Assembly (NCBI GenBank): GCA_010093605.1
Contig: MU004190.1
Location: 1,178,001 to 1,242,000 of the forward strand
DNA: 64,000 nt
Reading direction: 5' to 3'
Source of the DNA: Lophium mytilinum
Lineage: Eukaryota
Shown: positions 39,501-50,413 of the stretch, in pieces
Numbering within the stretch: the stretch's first letter is position 1
Layout of the letters: each line of letters starts with the position of its first letter
Translations under genes and position numbers: made by a program
Notes under the pieces: generated by a model
Database searches by the model: none
Seen by the model: only the letters and a program-made list of their open reading frames with translations
What the model was told of the DNA's origin: nothing

Positions 39501-40736
39501 ATGGCCGATCTCGAAAGCCCGCAGAGTGATCAGTCTCACGCCGAGTTTGACGTAACATCGATTGGTCAGCCAGATCCTTCGAACGACAACGATATGGAGG
39601 AGAAGCTATCTCTTACCGCCCTCCCGACCGAGATCGTGGAGAAGATTGCCGAACACCTCCCACTCCGAAGCATGAAGCAGTTGCGACTGACCTGCAAGCA
39701 ACTCGAGACCCAAACCCTTCATTACTTCACCAAGGAGTACTGCAAGCGCAAGCGCGTCGTAATTTGCATGACCGAGCTCCACTCTCTTGTCGAACAAGCC
39801 CGTAATACGAAGTTTGGAGGCAAGCTCAAGGAGCTCATCTTCGAGACTTGGATTAGCGCTCACCAGGACCCGCTGCAAAAGCGCAGCCTCGAGTACGACA
39901 TCAAGAGTTCTCTCATCAGCAAGGCCAGCCACTGCCTCTTGACAGCCTTCAACCATCTCCCTGCTTTGTCTAAGGTCACCATGGTTTCTGAGCCCATGCC
40001 CGGAGGAAAGCCTCACACCTGCCATGCCGCCATGATCATACTTGCTCTTCAGCACAGGAGCAACAGCTATCATCTAAAGACTTTGGAGCTTCCAAGCAAC
40101 GGCAGTTCCGTTTGCTGGGATCTCTTCATGACACTCAATCATTGGCATATGAAGGGCCTGGCGGACCCTCTAACGCCGCTCAGCACTATCACCTCTCTGA
40201 AGCTGGCTCTAAACGGCCGCTTCGACGGATTCAAGCCCGACCACTACTCCAAGGACCGCGCAGAGAAATCAGTTAAATCTTTTTTCTCCGGTCTCTTCGC
40301 CCTAGAGTCCCTCGGCCTCCACCTCGGGGAAATTGAGACAGCAACAGAGGCGGTAAACATAGGTAGTATCTCCAAGATGATCCTCAACATGACCTGGCCA
40401 AAGCTACAACACATCCGCTTCCGAGGCATGGCGCTCGTGGATGGTTCCTTCAGACGCTTCTTCCGCAGCCACGATATTCGTACTCTGAATTTGCATGAAG
40501 TCGTCTTCGGCCCTGAATGCTTTGCGAAGGCCTGTGCCATGATTCTCAACGAGTCAACCTTGGAGCATCTAGAGTTCCGCGATATGTACGAGGTCGGTCC
40601 GCCTGGGCCCATGATCACGACGGCGTCGCTGATATGGTTCCCTGAAGGTGAGACCGAAACGACTATCTTGGTTGCGGAGAAGTGGGAACTCGAGGAGAAG
40701 TTGCAAGGTTATCATTTTTGGGGAATGTTAGCTTAG
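39501..40736 (+). CDS. F-box domain protein (411 aa)
   Basis: SLTALPTEIVEKIAEHLPLRSMKQLRLTCKQL F-box motif followed by LRR-like segments; intronless. Confidence 0.88.
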   Translation: MADLESPQSDQSHAEFDVTSIGQPDPSNDNDMEEKLSLTALPTEIVEKIAEHLPLRSMKQLRLTCKQLETQTLHYFTKEYCKRKRVVICMTELHSLVEQARNTKFGGKLKELIFETWISAHQDPLQKRSLEYDIKSSLISKASHCLLTAFNHLPALSKVTMVSEPMPGGKPHTCHAAMIILALQHRSNSYHLKTLELPSNGSSVCWDLFMTLNHWHMKGLADPLTPLSTITSLKLALNGRFDGFKPDHYSKDRAEKSVKSFFSGLFALESLGLHLGEIETATEAVNIGSISKMILNMTWPKLQHIRFRGMALVDGSFRRFFRSHDIRTLNLHEVVFGPECFAKACAMILNESTLEHLEFRDMYEVGPPGPMITTASLIWFPEGETETTILVAEKWELEEKLQGYHFWGMLA

Positions 40737-41119
40737 TCGAGTTATGGCATGATCGCTGAGAAGCATGGAATGCTTCCATTCAGCAGGGCTCTTCCCATAT
40801 TGGTCTTCCTGGCGTTGGTTAACTAAAAGCGTGCTTCTCAGTCATCCCCAACAAAACCCACACTTTCCCAATATCTATTCCTTATGCTTTGGTTTTGCGT
40901 CCTGCATCACGGACGGGCGTTCTGGATAAGAACTTGCTTGGTTTTCTCTATCAGCTGAATCGGGCCATCCTCCGGTGGTTGATTTGCGTCACCTACCTCC
41001 GAGGGCCTCTTCATCATAGCCAATTATGTAAATTAGATTTAGCCAAATCCCCAATCGATGCTATCAAAATCAAGTTCCATGGTGCAGCGCGACGAGGGAC
41101 TGCTGAGATAAGAGGTCTT

Positions 41120-41236
41120 GTACAAATGCTGACATAGTTTGGACTGCTCAGCACATTTTCAAGATAGGACCATGAAGTTCCGATGAGGGGCCCCAAGCAG
41201 TGGCAATAAAGTATACGGATCTGGTAACGAGGTCTG
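41120..41236 (-). mobile_element. Degenerate MITE fragment in the 3' flank of the GH3 gene
   Basis: Minus strand reads TA|CAG...GCCACTGCTTGGGGCCCC with TIR-to-core spacing like the full copies; far end not recognisable. Confidence 0.5.
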
Positions 41237-41276
41237 TAGTGGCCGAAAGCATGATCAACCTTTCACCACCTGAAGA

Positions 41277-44200
41277 TCACACACCCCGCCACACAAAATC
41301 TTCCTTTACAGAAAACTGTACCTCTTCAACGATCTCCACCGAGCTCTTCGCCACGAGCGCGTGGTACGTACCGGCTTCCGCCACCCACGTATCTCTATCC
41401 TCATCCCAGAAACTGACAGCATACTTGTCCAGCTCAACCGTCACTTTCCCAGTCTCCTCTGGCCTCACCTCAACCTTCGCAAACCCCTTCAGCTCCTTGA
41501 TCGGCCTCTTCCCTCGCCCAACTTGATGCGCCGGGGGTGCGACATAAACCTGCACGATCTCCTTCCCAACAACCTTACCAACGTTCTTCACGCTCACCAC
41601 CAACCTCAGCTTATCCCCCACCGCCTTGATCTCCGCCTCCCCTTTCCACCCAATCTCAGTATACTCAAAGCTCGTATAGCTCAGCCCATACCCAAACGCC
41701 CACCTCGCACTAGCATTCCCCTCACGGTCGTAGTGCCTATACCCCACATCTCTGCCCTCCTCATACCTCAACACCCCATCCTCCGGACACGGAAAGTGCC
41801 CAAAAGACGGATTATCCTCGATCCGCACCGGCCAACTACTCGCCAGCTTCCCGCACGGCGTAATCACCCCGGTAACAACCGCCGCGATGGAGTTTCCGGC
41901 CTCCTGCCCGGGGTAGAAACACTGCAGCACCCCTTTGACCCCCTCCAACTCCGCGAACGGCATTGCGATCGGGGAGCCGGAGAAATTGATCACCACGGTA
42001 TTTGGGTTCGAGGCTGCGACGGCGTTGATGAGGGAGACTTGGTCGCAGGGCAGATCCATGGATGCCTGGTCGTAACCCTCGCTCTCGAATTCATCGGTTT
42101 TGCCGACGAAGACAAGGGCGATGTCGGAGGTGGCAGCGAGGGCGGCGGCGTCGGAGAGACGGGTAGGGATGGAGTAGGCTTCGTAGAAACGGATGGAGGA
42201 GCCTTGGAGGAGGGTCATGGAGCCGAGTTGGGAGGAGCGGAGGCGGGCGAGGGCGGCGTCGGAGGCGCCTCTGGTGGTGAGAGTGATTTTGTAGGGGTGG
42301 TTGGCGCGCATGGGGTAGGTTATGTGGCGGGTGAGGGTGTTTTTGTGGAAGACGTCTGCATGGGATCAGTATATTGTTTAGAGGAAGATTTACAGTGACA
42401 GATCATAAGCCTGTGCACGTTCGTTCGCCACTGCTTGGGGTGCCCCGACAAGATCTTAAAAGTCCAGCGCTGATGTTAAAGTTCAAGCAGTGTAGCTTAG
42501 ACCACTTCTGGGCAGGCTGGTCACTAAGCAGCCAGGTTACCACTCACAGTGGTGATGAATGAGCGAGGTTCGAGCCAAGCAGTGACGAATTCGCATGCCC
42601 AGATTCATGATAGTACTGTATCAGTAAGCTGGGTAACTTACAGCTCTCGAAGATCAAATCCATCTCCTGATCTCGGTGGTACACGTGCTCGTCGTCGACC
42701 CAGATGTCAGCTTCACCGGTCGTCGTGACTCCGAGGATGTGGTCTCCGGTCGTTTTGGGAATGATGATAAATTGCATTCTGGAGCAATAGTCAATCTCAT
42801 TTAAATCTTGCGGCCACGCCTCCTTTATCATGTATTCCGGCCTTTTCAGATGGTCGGTTCGAACAGGTTTCCCATCCGGAGAGGTTGCGTTGAACCACTC
42901 GCAAAGGACGGGAATTTCGGGGGATGGTGACGCTTCCACCGGACCAACCACGTCGAGACCCGGCAATGGAATTGCGTTATAGACTGGCACTCCTGGTGAG
43001 TACTCGTAGTTGATTCCAGCATTGGTAAAACCTTCTAGAGGAGTGACGCCCTTGAGCGGGAATAGCTTAGCGGACCCTCCTCCAGACATATTCGTTGCGG
43101 CCGCATGATGCCCAATGACTGCAACGCGGGCTCCTGGTGAGATGGGCAGTACGGAATTGTTGTTCTTCAAAAGCACAAATCCTTCGGCGGCGGCCCGGCA
43201 GATTAAGTCATCTCTTACTTTGCTGGCCGCCTCGAATTCGGGCTTCTCCACTGGGGTTTTCCACTTGTCGGCTCTTTTGATAAGCTCCAATACTCGGCAA
43301 GCCTCTTCGTCGATGGTGTCTGTTGATACCTCGCCGTTGGATATTGCATCTAAGAGCTTCTTACCGCGATGTTTGGTTGGGCCAGGCTGTAATAAAAGTC
43401 AGGTAAGAAGCAAAATGCGGACGTCCAGGAGTCCTCACCATCTCCAGATCCATACCGGCATTTACGGGCTCGTTGCAGGAGTACGTGCCAGCCCAGTCTG
43501 ACATCACGAGGCCTTTGAAGCCCCACTCTACTCGTAGAACATCGGTAATGAGACGCTTGCTATCGCCAACGAACTCTCCTTGGACTCGATTGTAACTGCA
43601 TGCCCATGATTAACACTGACCTCGGGAGTATTTACGATACTAGGCCATGAGTCTGGGCACGCTTATCGTCACTGCTGGGCTCGAATCTTTTTCACTTGCC
43701 ACGGTAGGAGGTAGCCTGGCTGCTCAAAGGCCAGTCAGTCAAGAAGCAGTCTAGTCTGCGCAGCTTGAAAACTGACATCGGCATTGAGTTTGGAAACCTT
43801 ATAGTGGACTTCAAGCAGTGGCGAACAGGGCACAGACTTATGAACTGTCACTGTATGTAGAGAGAGTACTAACCTCGTCATGAAGCACCAAGGGTCGCAT
43901 TCTTTCATAACGATCTGAAATGGATACAAATACACTTCCCTCAGTGTACTCTCACTCAATCGGACATCTAGGGTCCTTCTTTTGTTTTCCGCTTCATTTG
44001 CCACGTAATGCTTGGGCGTAGCACCAACACCTCGAGACTGAATGCCTTTGAAGATCTATCAGAACACCACAGTTGGAAAGAGGGCTCTTCATACCATTAA
44101 CGCATGCTGCTCCTAGCTTCCCTAGGAGAAAGGGGTCTTCGCCATACGTCTCGTAGTTGCGGCCACCTAAAGGGGAGCGGACTACATTGATGGTTGGAGC

Positions 44201-44590
44201 AAGGAGCACATCGGCCGATTTGGACTTTGTTTCTTCGGCGAGCTCTTGACCGATGCGGAATAATAGCTCTGTATCGAAGGTACTGCCTAGGTTTGAGGAA
44301 GAGGGGAAACAGGCGGCTCGAACGCCGGAAACGTAACTCTCGCCGCGAGCTCCATTAGGCCCATCGCTAGTCTGAATGGAAGCAAATACGAGTCGTTAGC
44401 TGAACCCGTATTCAACGAAGCTTACGAAAGACGGAAGAAATCATACCTTCACTTGTGGTACAAAGACACCTTCCCTTTCGATCCGAACAGTACGCCACCA
44501 GTCTGCGCCAGCGAGCAGACTGACCTTTTCCTCAAGCGTCAAGCGACGAAGGAGGTCTCGTATATCTGGAGTCGGCTGGGTGGTGGCCAT
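41277..44590 (-). CDS. Intracellular GH3 beta-glucosidase (PA14-like insert, FnIII C-terminus)
   Basis: [44 protein letters not shown], nucleophile [23 protein letters not shown]. No signal peptide. Five introns, including 43596-43873, 43387-43438 and 42357-42641; checked junctions are in frame. Confidence 0.95.
42393..42618 (+). mobile_element. MITE, full-length, inside GH3 intron 42357-42641 (antisense to the gene)
   Basis: TA|CAGTGACAGATCATAAGCCTGTGCACG...CATGCCCAGATTCATGATAGTACTG|TA; removing it plus one TA leaves a 57-nt intron. Confidence 0.9.
43635..43853 (-). mobile_element. MITE, full-length, inside GH3 intron 43596-43873 (sense to the gene)
   Basis: Minus strand TA|CAGTGACAGTTCATAAGTCTGTGCCC...CGTGCCCAGACTCATGGCCTAGTATCG|TA; removing it plus one TA leaves a 57-nt intron. 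Confidence 0.88.
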
Positions 44591-45715
44591 AGCTGTAGCC
44601 GGGGTCTAAGTGGGTGGGAGAAGAAGGAGGCGTGAATTGGCGAGCCAAGTCTGGGGAATATGTACACCAAACCATCGACGGCACCGGCATCCAATTTAAC
44701 CGCCATATGGAGTTTTTCCTCGACGTTGGGATAAAGTCGCAGACCGGTAGAAGAAGAGGGGCCTGGCAATCTTGACGGAGCTCCTAACCGGGCACGCGGC
44801 CCTCGATTCCGTGACCCACAGGGAAGCTGGACGCATCCATTCGCTGGCCGCCTCACCACTCCCATCACGGGCCACCACAGTCCACCACTATTCGTCCACT
44901 TTCAACTTTTCTGTGGTTCGTGTGAGACATCTTGGGGTCTCAGTAAGCTTTGGCGGGGCCCCGCTGCCTCAATGGAGATTTTCTGTCCGTCTCCGCCTTC
45001 TTGGCATGACCACGTGATTCGGTATTCAGCTTCATCAATTCAAATTGCGGCCAAGTCTGGGAAAGCGAAGAAGGGCGGGGTCAGCATGAACTTGGCTCGG
45101 TGAAAAAGCTGATGCCACTCGGGGTTCCGGCAGAGTTCCGTTGAATGAAAAGTGGCAAACCACGATCTTTAGAATAATGGTATTCTAAACTTTCTGAGAA
45201 ATTAGATACCAACTAACTCTGGGACTCTGTAGACTTGCCTGGCACCGTTTGGGGTCCTTTGGTACGTTCTCGTGAATTAGAAAAGTATTTCTGACATGCC
45301 TGATAACTCTTTGGGGCAGCGAATCCCGACTGTCCAAGAGTCTACTATGTGTGATCATATCTGGAATTTCCGGTAACTTATGTATAAAACTACTCTGGGG
45401 TTATGTACACTCGCCTGGCACTGCTGATATCCGCTGGTATGGTATTGCGAATTGGAAAAGGGCGATTCTGACATGCCGGATAGGTCTATGGGGACCTTAG
45501 ACGGAGTCAAAATTGACTACCACTTATTGTTCAGCGAGCCGCGCCAGGACCGCATGATTACTTGCGACCCTGACCACTACCACCAGGCTACCGGCCATAA
45601 AGGTAGGGTATGCCCTCCGCTGTGCTCTCGAGCTAACTTCTTGCTTTAATTTCGGTCCTGCACGTGGACTTTCACGCTCACCTTAGGGTCTGGTACTTGA
45701 AATCAGATCGTAGCC
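44591..45715. promoter_or_regulatory. Bidirectional promoter region between GH3 and the sugar permease
   Basis: Head-to-head starts. Several SYGGRG (CreA/Cre1-type) hexamers, e.g. ctgggg ~44651, gcgggg ~44953 and ~45075, plus CGG triplets. The motifs are short and unverified. Confidence 0.55.
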
Positions 45716-47551
45716 ATGGCTCCAGGAACAGTGCATGTCGTTGGAGCCGCAGACCCCATTCTCACGCGAGTCGTCGCAGAGGACAAAGTATCTTGGTATA
45801 AGAAACCTAACCTTCGAATTTTGTACCTCTTACTGCTTCCGACATGCATCGGTATCGAGATGACTTCGGGCTTTGACTCCCAGATGATCAACACTGTACA
45901 GATAGTACCTTCATGGCAAGAGTGTTAGTACTAGAACAGCCTTGAAGGGGATTTATACTCACGGAAAGACTAGACTTCAACCACCCCAAGGGCTCACTAA
46001 AAGGCATCATTGCTGCCATTTACTCCCTTGGAGCTATCTGTGCTCTCCCATTCGTCCCTTTGGTCAACGATCGCTTTGGACGACGATGGGCCATCTTCTT
46101 CGGATCGTTCATGATGGTGTTTGGTTCCATTCTCCAAGGATTCGCAAACGGATGTAAGCTCGTCCTCTCCGCTTAGCTAAGTATCTGTATTGATGATAGC
46201 AGCGGCAATGTATATCATTGCTCGATGGTTCCTAGGCTTTGGTATCCCATTTTGCATCGTAGCCGGATCAGCTCTCATCGGCGAGCTCTCATATCCGAAA
46301 GAACGCCCTATCCTCACATCGCTTTTCAACGCATTGTACTTCGTCGGTGCCTTGGTGGCTGCTGGGATATCCTTCGGTACCCAAGACATCAAGAGTGATT
46401 GGGCCTGGAGAATTCCGTCCTTGCTTCAAGCCGTGCCTTCGGCCCTCCAAATCGCATTCGTGTTCTTCAGTCCGGAGTCCCCGCGATTTCTTATAAGCAA
46501 AGACAAGCGTGAAGAGGCGTTTGCGATTTTGGTCAAGTACCACGCCGAAGGGGATGCCAATTCGGAAATAGTCAAAGCGGAAATGGCCCAAATTGAGAGT
46601 ACGATCAAGATCGAGCTGGAGCACAGCAAGAGATCTTGGTGGGAAATGGTCCGGCCTCCCGGGATGCGCCGACGCGTCATAATCGCTTCTTTCTTGGGGC
46701 TGTTCACGCAATGGAGTGGAAACACGTTGATCAGTGTAAGCTTTGCCGCAGCTTCCCCATGCCTCGTCAAACACTGTTGCATGGAAATGAACATAGGAAG
46801 AAATATGAATGCTGACTGAGGGACTAGTACTACCTCAACGATCTGCTTGTGCTGATCGGTTACACGGATCCGAAGTTCAAGGGCAAGCTCAACGTTGGCC
46901 TTAACAGCTGGCAGTTGGTCAACGGCGTTACTGCCGCGCTCTTAGTTCGCCGCTTTCCCCGTCGAGTCATGTACATGACTTGCACCATCTCGCTGCTTTG
47001 CGTCTATATTGGCTGGACCATTTCCATGGAACAGTTTTTGACCAAGCATGGGGAAGCCGCGGCAAAGCTTACGATATTCTTCATCTTTCTGTACTCACCG
47101 GCGTACAACATAGGCTATAATGCCTTGACTTACACATATCTAGTCGAATTGTTCCCCTTCGCTCAACGAGCAAGAGGGATCACCATATTCCAATTCTGGG
47201 GCAGAGGCGCGGGCTTCTTCACGACCTTCGTGAACCCGATTGGGCTTGAGAACATCAAGTGGCGGTGGCTGATAACGTACTGCTGCTGGATCGCTTTTGA
47301 GATCGTTTTCGTATGGTTCATGTTTCCGGAGACTGGCGGTCGAACTTTGGAGGAACTCGCCTTCTGTAAGTTGCTACAACGCCTTATTGCCGCTACGTGC
47401 CTGGCTGACAAGGTTCTTCCCAGTGTTCGAGGATAAGGCGCTGGCCGACGAGGCTACAATGGCGGTCGAAAAGCAGATCCATCACGAGGAAAACCCCTTG
47501 GAAGAAATCACGTCCAAAGCTGCGCCTACGCAGACCAAGGAGGTCGTGTAG
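45716..47551 (+). CDS. MFS sugar porter (lactose/cellodextrin permease-like)
   Basis: GFDSQMIN, NDRFGRR, ELSYPKERP, PESPRFL, QWSGN, ELFPFAQRARG, PETGGRTLEE; four GT-AG introns. Confidence 0.95.
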
Positions 47552-48015
47552 TTGCTGGAATTGAACGTGATATGAATGCAAGTGTCGCACTTAACGAGGG
47601 CATTTGTGTGGCTGGCGTTCGGGAGTGATAATATGACCGGGAAGGAGAAATGACTAAACGCGACGAGCTTATTATTCTATGTAACCTGCGAATGAAGATT
47701 GATCCTACCATGTGACTGACATTGTCTACGTTATATTACAAGCAATCATATTGAATATCTTAAATCATCTTGAGAATGGCCGTGCGCGGTCGCAATGATT
47801 GAAGCTTATCGTGTTCTGAACGCGTGATTTCCAGCAGAAAGTGAATGATAGGGTGACTTCTGTGCTTCCTGTGTAGACCGCTGATATTTGATGGAGGGCG
47901 ACGGCGACCCACAGCGATGGAGAAAAGAAGAGCCTGAATTAGAGTGTGGTCCGTGCGGCATCCACTAAACTTTTCCACGACTTCACGTCTTCCTCGTCGG
48001 CAAGCACCTCGCAAC

Positions 48016-49303
48016 ATGGCGAAACGAACGCACGCAGAATTCCTGGAATCTGGGCCCCCAGATCGCTCTGTTCCCAACGATGAACGCGCTGTGCAGACAG
48101 GCCTATGTGCGCACAGGATCAATCTTGGAAAGACGGTCGTCCGCCGCGCCATGAAACTTGCTGCGGGCTTCGAGCGCCAGAAATCTGGAAGACGAAGGAA
48201 GACAGCGAAGCAAAAGAAGGATGATGCTGCTCTTGCGCGTTTTGACTTGGAAGCTCAAGCTCTGAAAGTCCGTAAGCTTTATATACTCGGCGTGCGACAC
48301 GGTACTAATAGTTTCGCAGTCACTCGACCTCGAACGCGCCGCAGAAGACCACATACACAAAAGCCTCCTTAAAATAAAATCCATAGCATCCTCCGAAGCC
48401 CTTCCTCCTTCCGTCAAGCCTCCATCTCGTGCTGTCGTGGATACCGCCTCTCTAAACGTTCTCGCTCGCCTATATAACTCCAATCCCGTTCAGACCGCAA
48501 TGAAGACTCTGATTACCGATATTCAGGGAATATTAGGGCTGGAAGACCGGAACGTAAAATCAAGGAAGGGTGAAGACGGCAGAGCTATATCTGTGGCAGA
48601 ACAAAAATCCAAAGCAAAGCGACGGGCCGATACAAGCGATGATGATGATTACCCTGCATATGAGGCTCGCATTGCAGGTTCTTCAGACGAAGACGATAGT
48701 GAGGCGTCTGGAAGCGAGGCTGAAGACGGGGTGGTCCAGGTGAGAAGCAAAGTCTCCCCAACAATCGACTTCTCCGTTTCTCCACCGCCATCATCCGAGG
48801 AGTCGTCCTTCGAGGGGTTCTCAGAACCCGATTTTAAAACTCGATCTTCTGAGCCGTCTCAAGTCCCTATTGCGTCTACTTTTGTTCCTTCCCTTACGAC
48901 CGGCGGCTATTGGTCTGGCTCGGAATCTGAACCAGAAGACGACGTGGAAGTTCAGCCAAGGAAGAACCGAAGAGGCCAGCAAGCAAGGCGCTTGCTTGCG
49001 GAGAAGAAGTTTGGTGAAGAAGCAAAACACCTCAAGGAAGGGAAGACCAGTGACCGAGACAAAGGCTGGGATCTAAAGAGAGGCGCGCAGGACGGCTCCC
49101 GGGGACGAAATGGCAAGTATCGGTCTAGGGATTTCCGTCCAGCTAGAACTTTCGCTTCGGATGCCAATACAGTGGAGCTTAATCCACCAAAACCTAAAAA
49201 GGACGATACCGGCCCCTTGCATCCTTCGTGGCAGGCTGCAAAGTTGGCGAAAGAGAAAAATCAGACAGCGAGCTTCCAGGGCAAAAAGGTGGTTTTTGAT
49301 TGA
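48016..49303 (+). CDS. BUD22: Bud22-domain ribosome biogenesis protein
   Basis: RKNRRGQQARRLLAEKKFG and C-terminal LHPSWQAAKLAKEK...FQGKKVVFD; intron 48268-48319. Confidence 0.9.
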
Positions 49304-49467
49304 GCTTTGCATCTAGAATCACGGTTTCCCAGAACAAAGTACTGGGGTAGACTCTTCAAAGGGCGCCCAGGAGGTATTCACTATAGCCTGGCATACTACG
49401 TTGGTTGCCGAAGCCCACAGCGTGCATACAGCCGTCGTAGGCTCTATGATAGATCAGCTAGTAGGTA

Positions 49468-49615
49468 GCACTGCTTGGGGCGGCCCCATGGGCTTTCAAT
49501 ATGTCTTGAAACGATGCAAAAGTTCACGGGTTGGAATCTGGGCGACCTTTTGACAGGTCAGCTGCCGGCCAGTGGGACAACTCCTAACAGTGGTGTCTAG
49601 CAGCCAAGAGTGACA
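49468..49615 (+). mobile_element. Degenerate MITE core
   Basis: GCACTGCTTGGGGCGGCCCC...CTCCTAACAGTGGTGTCTAG...GCCAAGAGTGAC; TIRs not recognisable. Confidence 0.65.
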
Positions 49616-50413
49616 GGGAAATGGTGAGGTATCCATCGGCCTAATCTTAGAACCTAGTGAATTTTTGCTGTAGGTCTCGTTTCAAGAGTATGTTTCAACT
49701 CCTGCACGTATTTGGTGACTTTGTGACATTTCCACTTCAAATGACGGCTTTCTGACTCAATGTTGGACCATTAACGGATATGTACCTGTGTGAGCACAGC
49801 AAGAGAAGGACTATCACGTCACCAGGTGAGCAGTTGTTCTCCCACTGTTGACTGTCGTTCCTTTTCGGAGATTGTCTCCGATGGATTGCCACAGAGCGGC
49901 CCTATTCGGAGGCACAGTGCGCATTCAAGGTAGCGGTGAAGGCTATGAAACGCTCTCTGGAGAATGTACGATATGCTCACGCTTCTTCCCAAGTATTTTA
50001 GTAGCCGCATCTCGAAGTATTCCTTCGTCTTCATACATTTGTGTCCTTTGAGCACGTCCGGGAGAGGAACGCTCATTGCGTTGTGCGCATTGTATGGCGC
50101 AAGAAGGGTCTTATTTACACCTGATGATGTTGGCCATCGTCATTCTCAGCGCACGGTTTCCGTCTGAAGTCACCAAAGCGGGTGCCGTTGCCATGGAGCT
50201 GAAGTTGTTGTTGCTGTCGTGAGTCTTGGCGAGAACCTCAAAAAAGAGGTTGGGGCTGGCCGCCCTTCTCTCCTCACCATCTTTCCACAGATCGTAAGAA
50301 CACCCATCCTTTTGCTATCATACCTGCTAATGAGAGTTCCAAAGGTCTTTCTGATGCAGACTGCTGTACAGAATTATCACAAAGCGCACTTTTACCAGCC
50401 CATAAAGCTCGAA

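Noticed and set aside
41361..42398. 345-aa ORF antisense to the last GH3 exon
   Set aside because: Shadow ORF of a GC-rich coding exon.
42357..43873. Introner-like elements creating the GH3 introns
   Set aside because: The repeats sit inside the introns, do not supply the splice sites, and also occur intergenically.
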